Assembly (NCBI GenBank): GCA_963745025.1
Contig: CAVUWD010000002.1
Location: 1 to 64,000 of the forward strand
DNA length: 64,000 nucleotides
Direction: 5' to 3'
Source of the DNA: an uncultured delta proteobacterium
GTDB lineage: Bacteria > Desulfobacterota > Binatia > JACPRU01
Under the pieces are notes generated by a model that was not told where the DNA came from, searched no databases, and saw nothing but the letters and a program-made list of their open reading frames with translations. Positions 60,946-64,000 of this stretch are shown here, in pieces (the first letter of the stretch is position 1; the number at the start of each line of letters is the position of its first letter). The translations under genes were made by a program, and so were the position numbers.

Positions 60946-61659
60946 ATGAGCACGGAATCGATCGAACGCGAGAGGGAGCCGATATCCCTCGCCATCACCG
61001 GGTCGCGTCTCCATCAGTTGCTGCACGCCCTGCGCATGGTCTTGCGATCGGTGGTCAACAGCGCGACGAGCCGATCCCGGGTCCGGGGACGGCGGAACTC
61101 GGTCGTCACGTGGGGTGCGGTCCTCCGCGGCTGCGTGATCGAGATCCGAGGCGACGACAATTCGGTCGAGATCATGCCGAACGCTCGGCTGGTCGGAACG
61201 CGAATCCTAGTGCAGGGCTCTCGCCACCGTCTGTGGATCGGCAGGGACGCGTCCGCTCGAGGCGGCGAATTCGCCTTTCACAATGATGGGGGAACCGTGA
61301 GGGTGGGATCGCGGAGCAGCTTCTACGGTGTCGAAATCGGCGTGACCGAAGGTGGCCGGGTGGAAATCGGGGAAGACTGTTTGTTTTCGAATGGAGTCGA
61401 GATCCGAAACGGGGACTCCCATTCCATCATCGATCGTGCGACGAAGGAGCGCATCAACCCGGCCGCGGACGTGACGATCGGAGCCCACGTGTGGCTCGGA
61501 ACACGTGTGTTGGTGCTCAAGGGAAGCAGGATCGGCAACGGGTCCGTCGTCGGTGGAGCGTCGGTTGTGACCGGAGAGCTCCCCGAGAACTCGCTCGGGG
61601 TGGGGTCTCCGGCGAAGCTCCTGCGCGACGACATACACTGGGATCGAGAGATCCTTTGA
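60946..61659 (+). CDS. Left-handed beta-helix O-acyltransferase
   Basis: IGEDCLFS, DSHSI, VTIGAHVWLG, VLKGSRIGNGSVVG, GSPAK. Confidence 0.9.
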   Translation: MSTESIEREREPISLAITGSRLHQLLHALRMVLRSVVNSATSRSRVRGRRNSVVTWGAVLRGCVIEIRGDDNSVEIMPNARLVGTRILVQGSRHRLWIGRDASARGGEFAFHNDGGTVRVGSRSSFYGVEIGVTEGGRVEIGEDCLFSNGVEIRNGDSHSIIDRATKERINPAADVTIGAHVWLGTRVLVLKGSRIGNGSVVGGASVVTGELPENSLGVGSPAKLLRDDIHWDREIL

Positions 61660-62942
61660 CCTGTGGTGCGCTTGCGGGTTTGACCCGCGATGCTGGGCTG
61701 AAGGGATCGAGCGCGGGGCCCTCGCGGGTGCTCTACGTGTCCTACGACGGCCTGTTGGAGCCGCTCGGCGCCGCGCAGGTGCTGCCCTACGTCGAGGGCC
61801 TCGCGGCCCAGGGGTTTTCCATCGAAGTCCTCTCGTTCGAGAAGGCGAGGGACCTGAACGATGCTCCCCGCCGCGAGACGTTAAGGCGCCGATTCGCGAG
61901 CAGTGGCGTCACCTGGCGATGTCTCCGCTACCACCGCCGGCCCACGGTGCCGGCGACGTTGCTCGACGCGGCCCTCGGCGCTCGGGAAATCGTCCGATGG
62001 TCGCGACGGCACCGCGGAGCGAAGATCCTTCACCTTCGGGGGTACGTGCCGGGGCTCATGGGTCTTCTCTCGCAACGCTTACATGCCACGAGGTTGGTCT
62101 TCGACACTCGCAGCTTCATGGTGGATGAAAGGATCGAGTCGGGAATGTGGCGTGCCGGCTCTGCCGTGGTTCGACTGGCCCGCTTGGTTGAGCGTCGGCT
62201 TCTTGCCAGCGCCGATGCGGTCACCGTTGTCAGCCGAGCCGGGGCGCGCGCGTTGCCCGGAGCCCATCGAGACGCCGCACCGGCTCGGGTCCGGGTCATT
62301 CCCCCTTGCGTGGACCTCGATGCGTTCCGCCCCAGCAGCGATTCAGCGGCGGCTAAAGCCGAGCTCGGGCTGGCGGCGGGTCCCGCGATCGTGCATGCCG
62401 GTGCGCTCAGCACTTGGTACCTGGCGCCCTACACGTTCCAGGTCGGTGCAGAATTTGCGCGCCGGTCAGGAGGCAGCTTCGTCGTTCTCACCCGTGAGTT
62501 GGATCTCGCTCGTTCGCTCAACGAAACCTTTCGGGCAGGGGCTCTGGTGCGTCGCGTCGATCACTCCGACATGCCGCGCTGGCTCGGTGCGTGTGACGCC
62601 GGCCTGGCCGTCGTCCGGCCGGACCCGGCAAAGCGCGGCAGCATGCCGGTGAAGCTCGGGGAGTACCTCGCATGCGGGCTCGCCGCAGCGGCTACCGGCT
62701 GCGTGGGAGACGTTGCGGAGCACCTGTCTGGATCGCCCGTGGCGCTCCCCTTCGATCCCGGGTCGGAGTCTCCGTCGGAGATTGCCGCTCGCCTCTTGGC
62801 CGCTACCGCTCGCCCCGATCGCGCCGTAGCGGCACGCGCGCTCGCCCAGCGCTTGTACTCGCTCGCGCACGGTGTGGAAGCCTACGCCGCTCTCTACGAG
62901 GAGATTTGTTCAGTAAACCGTAGCGGTGTTGAGTTGGATTAG
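61656..62942 (+). CDS. Glycosyltransferase family 4
   Basis: LYVSYDGLLEPLG.AQVLPY, LSFEK, IPPCVD, PVKLGEYLACG, GDV. Confidence 0.9.
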   Translation: MTCGALAGLTRDAGLKGSSAGPSRVLYVSYDGLLEPLGAAQVLPYVEGLAAQGFSIEVLSFEKARDLNDAPRRETLRRRFASSGVTWRCLRYHRRPTVPATLLDAALGAREIVRWSRRHRGAKILHLRGYVPGLMGLLSQRLHATRLVFDTRSFMVDERIESGMWRAGSAVVRLARLVERRLLASADAVTVVSRAGARALPGAHRDAAPARVRVIPPCVDLDAFRPSSDSAAAKAELGLAAGPAIVHAGALSTWYLAPYTFQVGAEFARRSGGSFVVLTRELDLARSLNETFRAGALVRRVDHSDMPRWLGACDAGLAVVRPDPAKRGSMPVKLGEYLACGLAAAATGCVGDVAEHLSGSPVALPFDPGSESPSEIAARLLAATARPDRAVAARALAQRLYSLAHGVEAYAALYEEICSVNRSGVELD

Positions 62943-62954
62943 GGATCCGAAACG

Positions 62955-63782
62955 ATGAACACAGAGAAGAGTTGGGATTCGACGCCTTTGAAGCCGTGGA
63001 AGGATCTCGCTGACGATCCTGACTATTGGTTTCGCGGTTATTTTCACACCGCCCGAATCGCGTGGGACGGCACGTATAGGCGGGATTTCGACGAGTTGAG
63101 ACGAAGAGATCTCGCACTATTCGCACTCGGTGACGTGCGCGACAGAGCCATCCTGGACGTGGCGTGCGGTTCCGGCCTCTACATGGTCGTCCTAGCCAAG
63201 ATGGGCGCCCTCGTGTCGGGCCAAGACATCTCGGAGCAGGCAACGACAGAAGCTCAGGCCGCATTGGAGCGTCACGGCCTGCAGGGATCCTTGCGGGTAG
63301 GCACGGCAACTCGACTTCTGTTCGAAGACGCGTCCCTTGATGGCGTGATCAGCGGAGACTTCGTCGAGCACATCTCGCGGGACGAGAAGCGCACCTTTTT
63401 TTCAGAAGTCTACAGAGTCCTCAGACCCGGCGGCACCTTTGTCATCAAGACGCCAAATCTCATTTACCTCAGGCTAACGAACCTGCTGAAGAGAATGGCT
63501 GCGCTGGTTCGAGGGCGCTCGCCACTCGGGATTCACATCGAGCACACTCGAAACAATCCTGACAATCAACACCACGGCCTTACCACGTACAATGAGCTGA
63601 GCAGGATGCTTCGCGAGCAGCTCTTCCACTCCCCACAATTGACGTTTCAACCCTTGTCGAAGCGGCCCCTGCCGCAATACTGGCAGGAAACCCTTCCGAC
63701 CCTTCCAATTCTCTGGAGGCTGTTCAACCGCGATCTCATCGTCTCCAGTCGGAAGTCACTCTTATGCGGGCACTTCCCTTGA
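62955..63782 (+). CDS. Class I SAM-dependent methyltransferase
   Basis: ILDVACGSG, DFVEHI, YRVLRPGG, KTPN. Confidence 0.9.
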   Translation: MNTEKSWDSTPLKPWKDLADDPDYWFRGYFHTARIAWDGTYRRDFDELRRRDLALFALGDVRDRAILDVACGSGLYMVVLAKMGALVSGQDISEQATTEAQAALERHGLQGSLRVGTATRLLFEDASLDGVISGDFVEHISRDEKRTFFSEVYRVLRPGGTFVIKTPNLIYLRLTNLLKRMAALVRGRSPLGIHIEHTRNNPDNQHHGLTTYNELSRMLREQLFHSPQLTFQPLSKRPLPQYWQETLPTLPILWRLFNRDLIVSSRKSLLCGHFP

Positions 63783-64000
63783 CCGTTGCCAATGTAGGAG
63801 CGGGCTCGTGTGCGGCATAGCGGGCGAGGTCTCATGGTCCGGCGTCGATCGGGACGCTGCGATCCGCATGGCCGAGCGCCTCCACCACCGCGGCCCTGAC
63901 TGCCGCTCGACCTACGTCGCACCCAGTGGCCGCTGTGTTCTCGGCCACACGCGGTTGCGCATCATCGACCTCGAGACCGGCGAGCAGCCGATGTCGAACG

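Noticed and set aside
63783-64000. Coding feature at the window end
   Set aside because: No recognisable motif in the available 218 bp

Overview
High-GC bacterial window whose gene content and CGA/TCG-rich style suggest Binatota or a related deltaproteobacterial-grade lineage (inference only). Scattered single-base indels in conserved genes look like long-read or polishing errors. From the left: a heavy-metal P-type ATPase tail abruptly joined to a 5'-truncated murA, a his cluster (hisD-hisB-hisH-hisA-hisF), housekeeping and catabolic genes (nagZ, mtnA, glnS, lhgO and others), an adenylate/guanylate cyclase and DoxX. The centrepiece (25.96-33.4 kb) is a divergent copper membrane monooxygenase cluster, xmoC-xmoA-xmoB-xmoD, followed on the same strand by a membrane-anchored two-domain multicopper oxidase, a membrane-anchored cupredoxin and a periplasmic esterase. 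The C subunit has Glu at the RDTxFTPSH substrate-correlated position. From 33.7 kb to the end lies an RfaH/NusG-paralog-led surface polysaccharide cluster (2x Wza, Wzc, Wzm/Wzt, a CDP-sugar pathway with two C-methyltransferases, many glycosyl- and methyltransferases). Intergenic DNA carries a composite repeat family I cannot assign: six 16-21 bp-stem hairpins with a GAGTAC-type loop and variable but paired stems, always in inverted pairs. There is also a second REP-like motif, with a 130-bp MITE inserted in one copy. No rRNA, tRNA or CRISPR array was seen.
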